A stretch of DNA of 64,000 bases from an uncultured Ignavibacteriaceae bacterium. GTDB lineage: Bacteria > Bacteroidota > Ignavibacteria > Ignavibacteriales > Ignavibacteriaceae. Below the pieces are notes generated by a model that was not told the origin of the DNA, did no database searches, and was given only the letters and a program-made list of their open reading frames with translations. Location: positions 15,562-79,561 of the forward strand of contig CAWDOP010000007.1 of NCBI GenBank assembly GCA_963804005.1. The letters run 5' to 3'. Positions 9,077 through 18,374 of this stretch are shown here, in pieces. Both the position numbers and the translations under genes were made by a program. Numbering within the stretch: position 1 is the stretch's first letter; every line of letters starts with the position of its first letter.

Positions 9077-9889
9077 ATGAAAAAGTTAAAAATAATCTTC
9101 GCAATTCTACTTACAAGCTTTTTGTTTGTAGCTTGTAATGTAAACGATACTTCTTACGAATATGATTATACTGCACCCAAAATTCCAACCGGGTTAAGTG
9201 TTTTAAACGGTGAGGATAGAGTTGATCTTTACTGGAGTCATAATCGCGAGAGTGATCTTGCCGGTTATAATGTCTATTACAGTGATTCTTATGATGGAAG
9301 GTATACACTAATCGGAACTACATCCAATAATTATTTTGTCGATTATGATGTTTCAATAGGTACCCGATATTACTACGCTGTTACTGCTTTTGATTATAAT
9401 AACAATGAAAGTGAGTTGAGTGTTGAGGTAGTTTATGCTCGTCCAAGACCTGAAGGATTTAATCAATCTATTTTTGACTATAGAAGATTTCCAGACATCT
9501 CAGGCTATTCATTTTCTGAATATGCAGTAAGACCTTATGATTATCTTTATACTGACTTTTTCTTTGAAATATATAATGGTGTAAATTATCTGGTAGTTTA
9601 CGATGATACAGATATAATAGATATGGGTCCAACGTATGATATTTACGATATAGACTTTGCTCCTTTAAGCGGATGGTCACCGACAAAAGATGTAATTGCT
9701 CAAGTTGGACATACTTATGTGATCTGGACTTACGATAATCACTTTGCAAAAGTCAGAATATCAGCAATCACTTCTGAAAGAATAGTATTTGACTGGGCTT
9801 ATCAAACAGTTTCTGGAGATACTCAGTTAAAACCAATAGTTAAGGATGGAACAAGAGATCTTAAGATTAGTTATAGAAGTTTAGATTAA
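9077..9889 (+). CDS. Lipoprotein with fibronectin type III-like domain
   Basis: Signal peptide with lipobox LFVAC. FN3-like segment PTGLSVLNGEDRVDLYWSHNRESDLAGYNVYYS...YYYAVTAFDYNNNES. Confidence 0.6.
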   Translation: MKKLKIIFAILLTSFLFVACNVNDTSYEYDYTAPKIPTGLSVLNGEDRVDLYWSHNRESDLAGYNVYYSDSYDGRYTLIGTTSNNYFVDYDVSIGTRYYYAVTAFDYNNNESELSVEVVYARPRPEGFNQSIFDYRRFPDISGYSFSEYAVRPYDYLYTDFFFEIYNGVNYLVVYDDTDIIDMGPTYDIYDIDFAPLSGWSPTKDVIAQVGHTYVIWTYDNHFAKVRISAITSERIVFDWAYQTVSGDTQLKPIVKDGTRDLKISYRSLD

Positions 9890-9903
9890 AGAGAGTATTT
9901 ATT

Positions 9904-9950
9904 GTGTAAATCTATAGAGTCTGTTTGATGATATAGATTTACACTTTTTT
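9904..9950 (+). terminator. Rho-independent terminator
   Basis: A 13-bp perfect stem, GTGTAAATCTATA (9904-9916) with TATAGATTTACAC (9932-9944), followed by TTTTTT. Confidence 0.7.
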
Positions 9951-9978
9951 ATTATTTAAATTTGAGCCACGGTTTGAA

Positions 9979-10431
9979 ATGAAGACATGCTTTAACATAT
10001 TGATTTTACTATTATTTGCGGTATTCATTTCATCAATTTATCCCCAACAGAAAAATCTAATTCAGAAGTCCGATACAAATAAGCAAGCTGTTTTAGATCC
10101 TGTTATTTTTGATGAAATTGAAGATGCAATTAAGTCTGGCGATGTTGCAAAAATTTCCCGGTATTTAGGTCCGCAAACATATTTCAGTTTGACGAATGGA
10201 ATAAATGGTTATTATAGTTTAAATCAGGCTTATTATGTGCTTGAAGATTTTTTTAAGCTGTACCGTGTAACAAAATTCAAACTGGATAATGTTAGACTTG
10301 GAAGTTCAAATCCATATGCAACAGGCACATATCACTATGATAACAGAGGCAGAAGAAGTTCTGCTCAGGTTTACATTTCATTAACTAAAACCGGTAATAA
10401 TTGGAATATAAGTCAGCTCACAATTAATTAA
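9979..10431 (+). CDS. Secreted hypothetical protein (possibly DUF4783 / NTF2-like; not verified)
   Basis: 150 aa with an N-terminal signal peptide. Its stop overlaps the start of the next gene (TAATG). Confidence 0.5.
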   Translation: MKTCFNILILLLFAVFISSIYPQQKNLIQKSDTNKQAVLDPVIFDEIEDAIKSGDVAKISRYLGPQTYFSLTNGINGYYSLNQAYYVLEDFFKLYRVTKFKLDNVRLGSSNPYATGTYHYDNRGRRSSAQVYISLTKTGNNWNISQLTIN

Positions 10432-13400
10432 TGAAAAAAAATATACTTCATAAAATTCAAGGCGATAGAAAATATTTTGCTATCGTCTTTTTTATTTTGA
10501 TATTAGTTCTCATCTCCGCAATTCTCACGCCCCGTTTCATCGAAGACAAAAAAAATAATTGGTCAGATGAATTAACAATTCAAATAGAACAAATTGAGCA
10601 ATCTGTAAATCGTCATTTTGAAATAGCAATGCTATCAACGCTTGAAATGACGATACAATTGAAAACTAATTTAAGAAATGTCTTCATTTCCGGTGACGAA
10701 GCATACAGAGAAATTATTAAAACCTTAAACCAAAAAAGATTTGAGGAATATTCTATCGGAATATTTGCTCCTAACGGCAGATTGATAGCGTGGAATAATC
10801 CTGTAATAATAACTCAGGAAACCCTTTTCCCATTAAACAATCCGCTTGGTGAATTATATTTTTTTGATACTGATTTAATTACTTACTTAAGTCAGACTGA
10901 TACTGTGATGATAGATAATGACATTTTTTATCTCACAATAAGTAAACCCATTGAGAAAAAATATCGTCTTAACAATAAATACTTTAAACAAGTAAGCTTT
11001 ACACAAGAACTTAGTGATGAAAATGGAATCGATTTTGAAGTTGTGTATAATCCATTCCTGCCAAAAACAAAAGATGGAAAAAAATATTCATTTGATCTTT
11101 TGAATAATGCAGGGAATAAAATTGGTCTGGTTACTTTTTACAAACCCATTTTAATGAATGAAATAAACTCAATTAAAGAAACGTCTTCAAAAATTCAGTC
11201 AATATTTGTTCTGTTTATAATTTTATTTACAGCATTAGGTATGCGGCGTGATTATCAGCAGTTAGAGAGCCGGTTAGTTAAAATTCTTTTTTTGTTTTTA
11301 TTTCTTGCAATCGGGAGGACAATAGTATTCTTAATCGGATTTCCTTCAACCTTTATGTCGGGATCTTTAATTGATCCATCAAATTTTTCATCTGTTTTTG
11401 GTTTTGGAATAGTTAAATCCCCAATTGAATTTCTTATTACCAATTTTTTCGTTTTAATATTTTCTGTACAAGTTTATCGATATTCAAGAAATTATTTTTT
11501 ATCAGATCAATCAGTCAGGTTCATCGCCCTTATAAGAATTATTTCCCTGCCGTTAATAGTCGTTTTTTTATTACTCATTCGTTCAATAAGTGCCTCTGCT
11601 AAAAGCGTAATATTTGACTCAACCATACGATACTTTAAAGAACCGGATATAATTCCTAATCTTTCTGCTCTGATAATGAACTTAAATATTCTTACTCTGA
11701 CGGTCTCTGTATTATTATCAATGATAGGAATTATTTTTATTGTCTGTAAAGCTTGGCGTCTGAATAAAGTAAAGAAACCCAATGTTAAGTTTTTCTTTTT
11801 TTCTTTTATTCTATTAGGATTTTCGGCAATATCGTATTTCATACAAAAAGAACCTCTCATAACTTTATTTATGATGATGCTCTTTGTTCTAATTATACTG
11901 ATTGTCTTTTTCCAGATAAGATTTAGAAATCCCGCCTCAATTTTCAATTACATATATATAACTCTTGCCGCTTCAATTATTTCAATAACTTTATTAAACT
12001 ATTTTAATGTAAAACTTGAAAAAGAATCTTTAAAGACTACGGCTTATGAAATCAATCGTGCAAATGAAAATCTTTTGCAATTTATACTTGATGAAATATT
12101 TCGCAATGCTTTAACAAATGATGAGATAAGGTCAGTTTTTATTAAAAAGTTTATTAATTACGATGCAATTGCATATAAACTTTGGAGTAGCAGTCCGATA
12201 CAGAGAGAGTCCTTAAATTCTTTTGTGGCTTTGTATGACAGGAACAGAAATATTTTAGGGAAATTTAATATCGGGTTAGTTGATGAAATAAATCCTTTTA
12301 ATTTTATTAAGATTGGAAAAATTGAAGAACCGGTTATTCAGGAAATATCTTTAAGCAATAATTCTGACACAAAAATATTTATCGGATTACTGCCATTTTA
12401 TGAACATGAACTTTTACTGGGTTATTTATCCGTGGCCGTTTCATTTGATCTGCAAAATATCGGTGCGGCTAGCTTCCCGGATTTTCTTGAGTCCTCTTCG
12501 TCAATACTGAATAAGGTAATTGATGTCAGACAGTTAAAGATATTTGAAATAACTGATAATGTATTAAATCAGGTTTATGGCGACCGCTATCCTTCCAGAG
12601 AACAGATCAAAGAAATTACTTCTGCAAAACTGACAGAATATAACGATGGTTGGCTTAGTCTAAATTTTGAAGGCGAGAATTTCATAGCTTTTATTTATAA
12701 GACATTAAGAGCAGATAAAGAAAATATTACAACTGTACTTGTTGCTGAAAAACAATTTTCATGGAATCTTTTTAACTTCTTTAAGATTTTTATTGTTCAT
12801 TCCTTCTTTATTCTATTACTGATTATATTATTTCTTTTTATACGTGTAAGGAAAATCAATTATACATTTAAATCTAAACTACTTATCGCATTCCTTCTGG
12901 TATCAATAATCCCGGTTATTTCACTTGCAGTTTATAATCGTCAGGTAGTAAGCAGCAGGGGAGAAGATGCTATAATATCCGAGTTAAGACAAAGATCTCT
13001 TTATGTTGAAAATCACATTAAGTATCAAAGAAGTAAAAATCCGACACGCAGCCCGGTTCAAATATTTGAAAACGCAGCTAAAGAATTAAATATATCATAT
13101 TCTGTTTATAAGGCAACTGAGGAAATCTATAATTCAAAGGATATATTTAAGCGTATTGGTTTGTTTGACGGCAAACTGAATTCTCAGGCGCATTATTATC
13201 TGAATTATTTGAGATTCAGAGAATATCTCACAAGTGAAAGAATTGAAAACTACGATTATAATGCGCTTTACAGTACTATAAACATCGATGGTGAGGAATA
13301 TATTCTTGCAGTTAATGATGCGTTCAATAAAATAAAAGTATCATTTTCAACAGTTGAAATTGATGTTGTTATTTTTGGCATTTATTCCTTTGCTGTGATT

Positions 13401-14282
13401 ATAATAATATTATTGAGTACAATTTTTGCAAATCAGATAGCGTATCCCATCAGAAGATTAACCAAAGCTACTGAGTCTGTTGGTCAGGGAGATCTTAATG
13501 TTAAAATAGAACATAACGAAAAAGGTGAACTCAGAGATCTTTTAGATGGATTTAACGCAATGACTTCTGAACTTCAGAAAAACCAGGCGGAACTCGCAGA
13601 ACTGGAACGGGAAGCAGCGTGGAAAGAAATGGCAAAACAAGTTGCCCATGAAATAAAAAATCCTTTGACACCAATGAAATTGGCTTTGCAGCAGCTAATA
13701 ATTGCTAATAAAGATAAAAGCAAAGATTTTAATTCTTTGTTTGAAAAAGTATCAAAGACTGTATTAAATCAAATTGAAAATTTAAATCAGATTGCATCCG
13801 AATTTTCAAGATTTGCTAAAATGCCAAGTCTTAAATTGGAATTAATTGATTTAGTACTTGTTATAAACGATACGATTAATCTTTATCAGGATGAAAAAAT
13901 AAAAATTGAATTTAAAAGTGAATTAACCTCTGCAATAGTTGAGGCGGATAAAAGCCATTTACGCAGAGTGTTTATAAATCTGATTCGAAATTCAATTCAG
14001 GCAAATGCAAACCTTGTTCTTATAGAATTGAAAAAGGCAGAAGAAAAATATTTTATTTATGTTAAAGATAACGGCTCTGGAATCATTTCTGAAAATAAAG
14101 ATAGAATTTTTGAGGAAAGTTATACCACAAAAAAACAGGGAATGGGTCTTGGATTAGCCATCACCCGGAAATTCATTGAAAGTATAAACGGATCAATCCG
14201 TTTAATTACAGCATCTCCCGGTGAGACAATCTTTGAATTAACGATTCCGGTGACAGATAAAGAAAAAAATCTTTATTTATAA
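10431..14282 (+). CDS. Large multi-pass membrane sensor histidine kinase (HAMP-HisKA-HATPase_c)
   Basis: 1283 aa with many predicted TM segments in two blocks. H-box VAHEIKNPLTPM, N-box LIRNSIQA, G-boxes DNGSGI and GMGLGLAI. No response regulator gene is adjacent. Confidence 0.85.
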   Translation: MKKNILHKIQGDRKYFAIVFFILILVLISAILTPRFIEDKKNNWSDELTIQIEQIEQSVNRHFEIAMLSTLEMTIQLKTNLRNVFISGDEAYREIIKTLNQKRFEEYSIGIFAPNGRLIAWNNPVIITQETLFPLNNPLGELYFFDTDLITYLSQTDTVMIDNDIFYLTISKPIEKKYRLNNKYFKQVSFTQELSDENGIDFEVVYNPFLPKTKDGKKYSFDLLNNAGNKIGLVTFYKPILMNEINSIKETSSKIQSIFVLFIILFTALGMRRDYQQLESRLVKILFLFLFLAIGRTIVFLIGFPSTFMSGSLIDPSNFSSVFGFGIVKSPIEFLITNFFVLIFSVQVYRYSRNYFLSDQSVRFIALIRIISLPLIVVFLLLIRSISASAKSVIFDSTIRYFKEPDIIPNLSALIMNLNILTLTVSVLLSMIGIIFIVCKAWRLNKVKKPNVKFFFFSFILLGFSAISYFIQKEPLITLFMMMLFVLIILIVFFQIRFRNPASIFNYIYITLAASIISITLLNYFNVKLEKESLKTTAYEINRANENLLQFILDEIFRNALTNDEIRSVFIKKFINYDAIAYKLWSSSPIQRESLNSFVALYDRNRNILGKFNIGLVDEINPFNFIKIGKIEEPVIQEISLSNNSDTKIFIGLLPFYEHELLLGYLSVAVSFDLQNIGAASFPDFLESSSSILNKVIDVRQLKIFEITDNVLNQVYGDRYPSREQIKEITSAKLTEYNDGWLSLNFEGENFIAFIYKTLRADKENITTVLVAEKQFSWNLFNFFKIFIVHSFFILLLIILFLFIRVRKINYTFKSKLLIAFLLVSIIPVISLAVYNRQVVSSRGEDAIISELRQRSLYVENHIKYQRSKNPTRSPVQIFENAAKELNISYSVYKATEEIYNSKDIFKRIGLFDGKLNSQAHYYLNYLRFREYLTSERIENYDYNALYSTINIDGEEYILAVNDAFNKIKVSFSTVEIDVVIFGIYSFAVIIIILLSTIFANQIAYPIRRLTKATESVGQGDLNVKIEHNEKGELRDLLDGFNAMTSELQKNQAELAELEREAAWKEMAKQVAHEIKNPLTPMKLALQQLIIANKDKSKDFNSLFEKVSKTVLNQIENLNQIASEFSRFAKMPSLKLELIDLVLVINDTINLYQDEKIKIEFKSELTSAIVEADKSHLRRVFINLIRNSIQANANLVLIELKKAEEKYFIYVKDNGSGIISENKDRIFEESYTTKKQGMGLGLAITRKFIESINGSIRLITASPGETIFELTIPVTDKEKNLYL

Positions 14283-17200
14283 TGCCTCAGCTAACACCAC
14301 ATCAAAAGTCTGCACTTGAATTTGAGAACCACCTTTCATTAACTGCAAATGCAGGTTCCGGAAAAACTTTTGTTCTTGCCCGAAGATATCTTAATGCAGC
14401 ACTTAAGGACGGTGTTACTCTTTCTAACATTGCGGCAATAACTTTTACTGATAAAGCATCCGGTGAGTTGTATAACAAAATAGTTAATCTAGTTAATGAG
14501 CAAATTTCTGTTTCAAAATCAGATTTACAAAAACAAAAACTTGAAAGAATAAGAAGACATCTTGTTTCTGCATACATATCAACCATTCACTCATTCTGTA
14601 TTAATATTTTACGCGAGTTTCCTGTTGAAGCAGGTTTAGATGCTCGTTTCATACCGATTGATGAACAACTTTCTGATGAGCTTATTGAACTATCAATTGA
14701 AGAAGTTGTGAAATATCTCCTTGAAGATGAATCCTCTGCAGGGAACCTTAAATATTTAATAAGGATATTTGGTTCTAAAAGCAGGCTGGAAGCTGAATTA
14801 TTTAGCTTAATTAAGCAGAGAAAGAATCTTTTAATAATTAAAGAGGCGATTTATAGTAAGGATGAAAAGGAAATCGTAAAGCATTTCCAAACTCAGTTTG
14901 ACACTTACTATTCCCAAATATGGAATGAGTATAAACTTAATTTAATTGAAAGCATTAACAGAATTAACAATACTGTTCTTTCTAAACATTCAAAAAATGA
15001 ATCTGCTCTTATCGTTTCTGCACTTCTTAAAAAATATGATAAAATTAAATCATCAGATCAAATTCTGAAATTCATTTCTGAAATTAGTACCGCATTGTTG
15101 ACTAGCAGCGGAACTGTCAAAATCCGCGGATATCTGTCCAACGAGTTAAGAAAAGGATTAGAAAATGAAATCAAAATTATTGAATCAATATTCTCAGATC
15201 TTTCAAAAATAGAATATTCACCTGAATCAGATAAACTTCTTAAGGAACTAGCAAAATTTGGTAAAATATTACTAGAGGTTTTTGACTTTACACTGGAAGA
15301 GTATGCAAATAAGAAAAATGTTGATGGATTTTTAGATTATGAAGACATTCTTCTTTACACAAAAGAAATCCTGAAAAAAGAAAGTGTTCAAAAAAGTCTT
15401 AGTGAAAAGTTCAAGTATATTTTGGTTGATGAGTACCAGGATACAAATGAAATTCAGTATGAAATATTTTTGCCGATTTTAGATTATCTGAAAGTTGGAA
15501 ATCTTTTTATCGTTGGAGATGAAAAACAAAGTATCTATATGTTCCGTGATGCTGAACTTGAAATATTCAATCGGACAAAAAAGGATATCAGTTCAATATC
15601 AGGGGAGAACTCTCTGCTTGAACTTCCGGATAGCTTTAGAATGGCTCCCTCAATTTGTTTATTCTCAAATAAATTGTTTGAAAATCTTTTTATAAATCCG
15701 AATGAGCTATATAATGAAGTAACAAATACAAATATTGTTTGCGCAAGGACTGATAAAAAATCCGGTGAAATTGAATTCCTTTTATCTAACCCCGATTCCG
15801 GAAATGAGATTACCGAAGCAGAACTGGTTGCAAGGAGAATAATTGACTTAAGTATTAAAGGTGTTGAGTATAGAAGTATTGCAATTCTTGTTAGAAAAAG
15901 AAAATCTTTCGCAGAGCTTGAAACCGAATTTATAAAGTATGGAATTCCTTTTTCTATAATTGGCGGAAGAGGATTTTATCAGCGTCAAACAATCAGTGAT
16001 GTTTACAATTATTTATCATTTCTCTCGAATAGCGGTAACAGCACTGCATTAGTCGGAGTTTTACGATCACCATTTTTCAGTGTCTCTGATTCGATATTGT
16101 TTGAAATATCACTAAAAACTGGTGAAAATTTCTGGGCGAAATTGAAACAATATTCTTCTGAAGATAAAAAAATCAATCAAATTAAAAATCTTCTTGAAGA
16201 AAATTTACAACTTGCATCATCCTTAGAATTAACAGTTCTTCTCAGAAAGATTTTAACAAGCACTGAATATCTTGCCGTTATCGCAGCAAGAAATGACGGC
16301 GATCAGGAATTAGCTAATATTGAAAAACTTTTAGAAATATCCCGTGGATTCAGTTTAAAAGGTTTTAGGAATCTTTATGATTTTTTAGACTACCTGAATG
16401 ATGCAATCACCGGCATTGAAGATGAATCGCAGGCAGCAGTTACGTCTGATTCAAATGCTGTTCAGTTGATGACTCTTCATCAGGCAAAAGGATTGGAATT
16501 TCCAGTTGTGATTTTGTTTAAGACTCACGAATCTAGTCAGAAAACTTTAATAAAATCGAAACAAGTTTCTATTAGTAAAAAATTTGGAATACTTACAAAG
16601 TTACCGTTAAATGAAGATTATCTTGCGGATTATCAACCCACTCCAATAAGCGGATTGTATAATTTTATTGAAGAGAAAAAAAGAATAGCTGAACTTAAAA
16701 GACTTCTATATGTTGGAATTACCAGAGCGATTGATCATTTAATTATTTCAGGCGAATTAGGTGAAGAACAAAAACTTAAAAATGATTCCTTTCTTTATTT
16801 AATTAAATCGGGTTTAAGTATTGATCTCAATAATGATAATTTTTTCTTAGAAGATGAATTGGTTTTCTTAGAACAAAATAGCGGTAATTTTTCTAACTCA
16901 TCCAGAAAAATAAAAATTCAAATTCCTGTCCAATACACAATTTCTCTGGATAAAAATTATAAACCGCCGGTTAAAGAAAAATTAAAAGATCTGATAATCA
17001 ATATTGAAAATATTGCCCCGCCTTTAGAGAAAGATATTATCTCGGCAACAAAAGTAGCGGTTTATAACCAATGTCCAACCAAATACTTACTTACTTATGA
17101 ATATGGTTTTGGATTGATTAACAGTCTAAATAAAGAAAGTAAAAATCAGAAATTTGAATTTGAAAACAATCCTCTTAACGAAGAAGAAAATTATTATGAC

Positions 17201-17842
17201 GAGGAATTAAGATTCGATAGAATCCAAAGTAATGTGAAGGGAACATTGATACATTCACTACTCGAAAGAGAGATTAGTCTTGATGAACTTGATAATGAAA
17301 TAACAAAATATTTTTCTAAGAACGGCTTAGAAGGAAAGTTATTAACACAAAATAAAAAAGAAGTCATTTTAGAACTTCAAAAGTTTTTTAATTCTGGCAT
17401 TTACAAAGAAATAAACTCGTATAAAAAATATAAAAATGAATTTGAAGCGTACTTAAAGGATGAGGAAATATTTCTCTACGGAATAATTGATAAAATTATT
17501 TTTGCAGAAGATAAACTCATAATTATTGACTACAAAACCGATGATATTTCCGGTAAAGAAGTTGAGGAAAGAGCTGAAAATTATCTTATTCAACTTAAAT
17601 TTTATTTATATATTGCTCAAAAATTATTTCCTGATTATAGTTCATTCCAGCTATTACTGATTTTTATAAAACATCCGGAAAAACCGGTAATAAAAAATTT
17701 CAATAATAAAGAGTTATTTTTGGTAAAGAACGAAATTTCGGATATTATTAATGGTATAATTCATAAAAATTTCTATAAAAATACTGATCACTGCGGAGTT
17801 TGTGTCTATTCCGATGCCAATAAGAAGTGTAAAATGAATTAA
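14282..17842 (+). CDS. UvrD/AddA-type superfamily-1 helicase fused to a PD-(D/E)XK (RecB/Cas4-like) nuclease domain
   Basis: 1186 aa. Walker A GSGKTF, motif II VDEYQDTN, TLHQAKGLEFP and YVGITRA. The C-terminus has GTLIHSLLE, IIDYKTD and QLKFYLY, plus four Cys (NQCPTKY ... HCGVCVYSDANKKC). The start overlaps the kinase stop (TAATG). Confidence 0.85.
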   Translation: MPQLTPHQKSALEFENHLSLTANAGSGKTFVLARRYLNAALKDGVTLSNIAAITFTDKASGELYNKIVNLVNEQISVSKSDLQKQKLERIRRHLVSAYISTIHSFCINILREFPVEAGLDARFIPIDEQLSDELIELSIEEVVKYLLEDESSAGNLKYLIRIFGSKSRLEAELFSLIKQRKNLLIIKEAIYSKDEKEIVKHFQTQFDTYYSQIWNEYKLNLIESINRINNTVLSKHSKNESALIVSALLKKYDKIKSSDQILKFISEISTALLTSSGTVKIRGYLSNELRKGLENEIKIIESIFSDLSKIEYSPESDKLLKELAKFGKILLEVFDFTLEEYANKKNVDGFLDYEDILLYTKEILKKESVQKSLSEKFKYILVDEYQDTNEIQYEIFLPILDYLKVGNLFIVGDEKQSIYMFRDAELEIFNRTKKDISSISGENSLLELPDSFRMAPSICLFSNKLFENLFINPNELYNEVTNTNIVCARTDKKSGEIEFLLSNPDSGNEITEAELVARRIIDLSIKGVEYRSIAILVRKRKSFAELETEFIKYGIPFSIIGGRGFYQRQTISDVYNYLSFLSNSGNSTALVGVLRSPFFSVSDSILFEISLKTGENFWAKLKQYSSEDKKINQIKNLLEENLQLASSLELTVLLRKILTSTEYLAVIAARNDGDQELANIEKLLEISRGFSLKGFRNLYDFLDYLNDAITGIEDESQAAVTSDSNAVQLMTLHQAKGLEFPVVILFKTHESSQKTLIKSKQVSISKKFGILTKLPLNEDYLADYQPTPISGLYNFIEEKKRIAELKRLLYVGITRAIDHLIISGELGEEQKLKNDSFLYLIKSGLSIDLNNDNFFLEDELVFLEQNSGNFSNSSRKIKIQIPVQYTISLDKNYKPPVKEKLKDLIINIENIAPPLEKDIISATKVAVYNQCPTKYLLTYEYGFGLINSLNKESKNQKFEFENNPLNEEENYYDEELRFDRIQSNVKGTLIHSLLEREISLDELDNEITKYFSKNGLEGKLLTQNKKEVILELQKFFNSGIYKEINSYKKYKNEFEAYLKDEEIFLYGIIDKIIFAEDKLIIIDYKTDDISGKEVEERAENYLIQLKFYLYIAQKLFPDYSSFQLLLIFIKHPEKPVIKNFNNKELFLVKNEISDIINGIIHKNFYKNTDHCGVCVYSDANKKCKMN

Positions 17843-17862
17843 GAAAGGGAGTCAATTACAAA

Positions 17863-18330
17863 ATGAAAAAAGTAATTTCGAACCTGCGTGATTTAACACT
17901 AATTGAAAAAGAACTTGCAAAAGAGACAGCAGGTGCTCTTGCAATTCAATTGGATGATGATAAAATTCATCAGGTTGCAACTAATTTTGTTTATCTTGAT
18001 AAAAACATTTACGTATTCTTACAGGTGGATGATGATCTGTATCAGCAAATAAAATTTGATTACTTAGGCAGTTTCACTATTCACCGTTTTGAAAACAGAT
18101 TTAAAGATCACAACCTGTTTGCTGAATCAAGTTATAAATTGTCTTCAATCAATATCAGCGGTACATTAAGGGAAGTGGAAGACAAAAAACTTATAGATCA
18201 GCTTATTGAATATTATCAAAAAAAATACTCACCCAATATTGATCTTAAAAAATACCGCAATGAAAAGAACTTAAAGCCAATTATGATTGACACTGAAGAA
18301 ATGCAGGCTTTTACCGAGGAAGGCAACTGA
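17863..18330 (+). CDS. Hypothetical protein (possibly an FMN-binding split-barrel / PNPOx-like fold; weak)
   Basis: 155-aa ORF in operon context. The family assignment rests only on general resemblance. Confidence 0.45.
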   Translation: MKKVISNLRDLTLIEKELAKETAGALAIQLDDDKIHQVATNFVYLDKNIYVFLQVDDDLYQQIKFDYLGSFTIHRFENRFKDHNLFAESSYKLSSINISGTLREVEDKKLIDQLIEYYQKKYSPNIDLKKYRNEKNLKPIMIDTEEMQAFTEEGN

Positions 18331-18374
18331 TATAAAACAAAAATTCACATCATTTTAAAATACGGAGTACTGTT

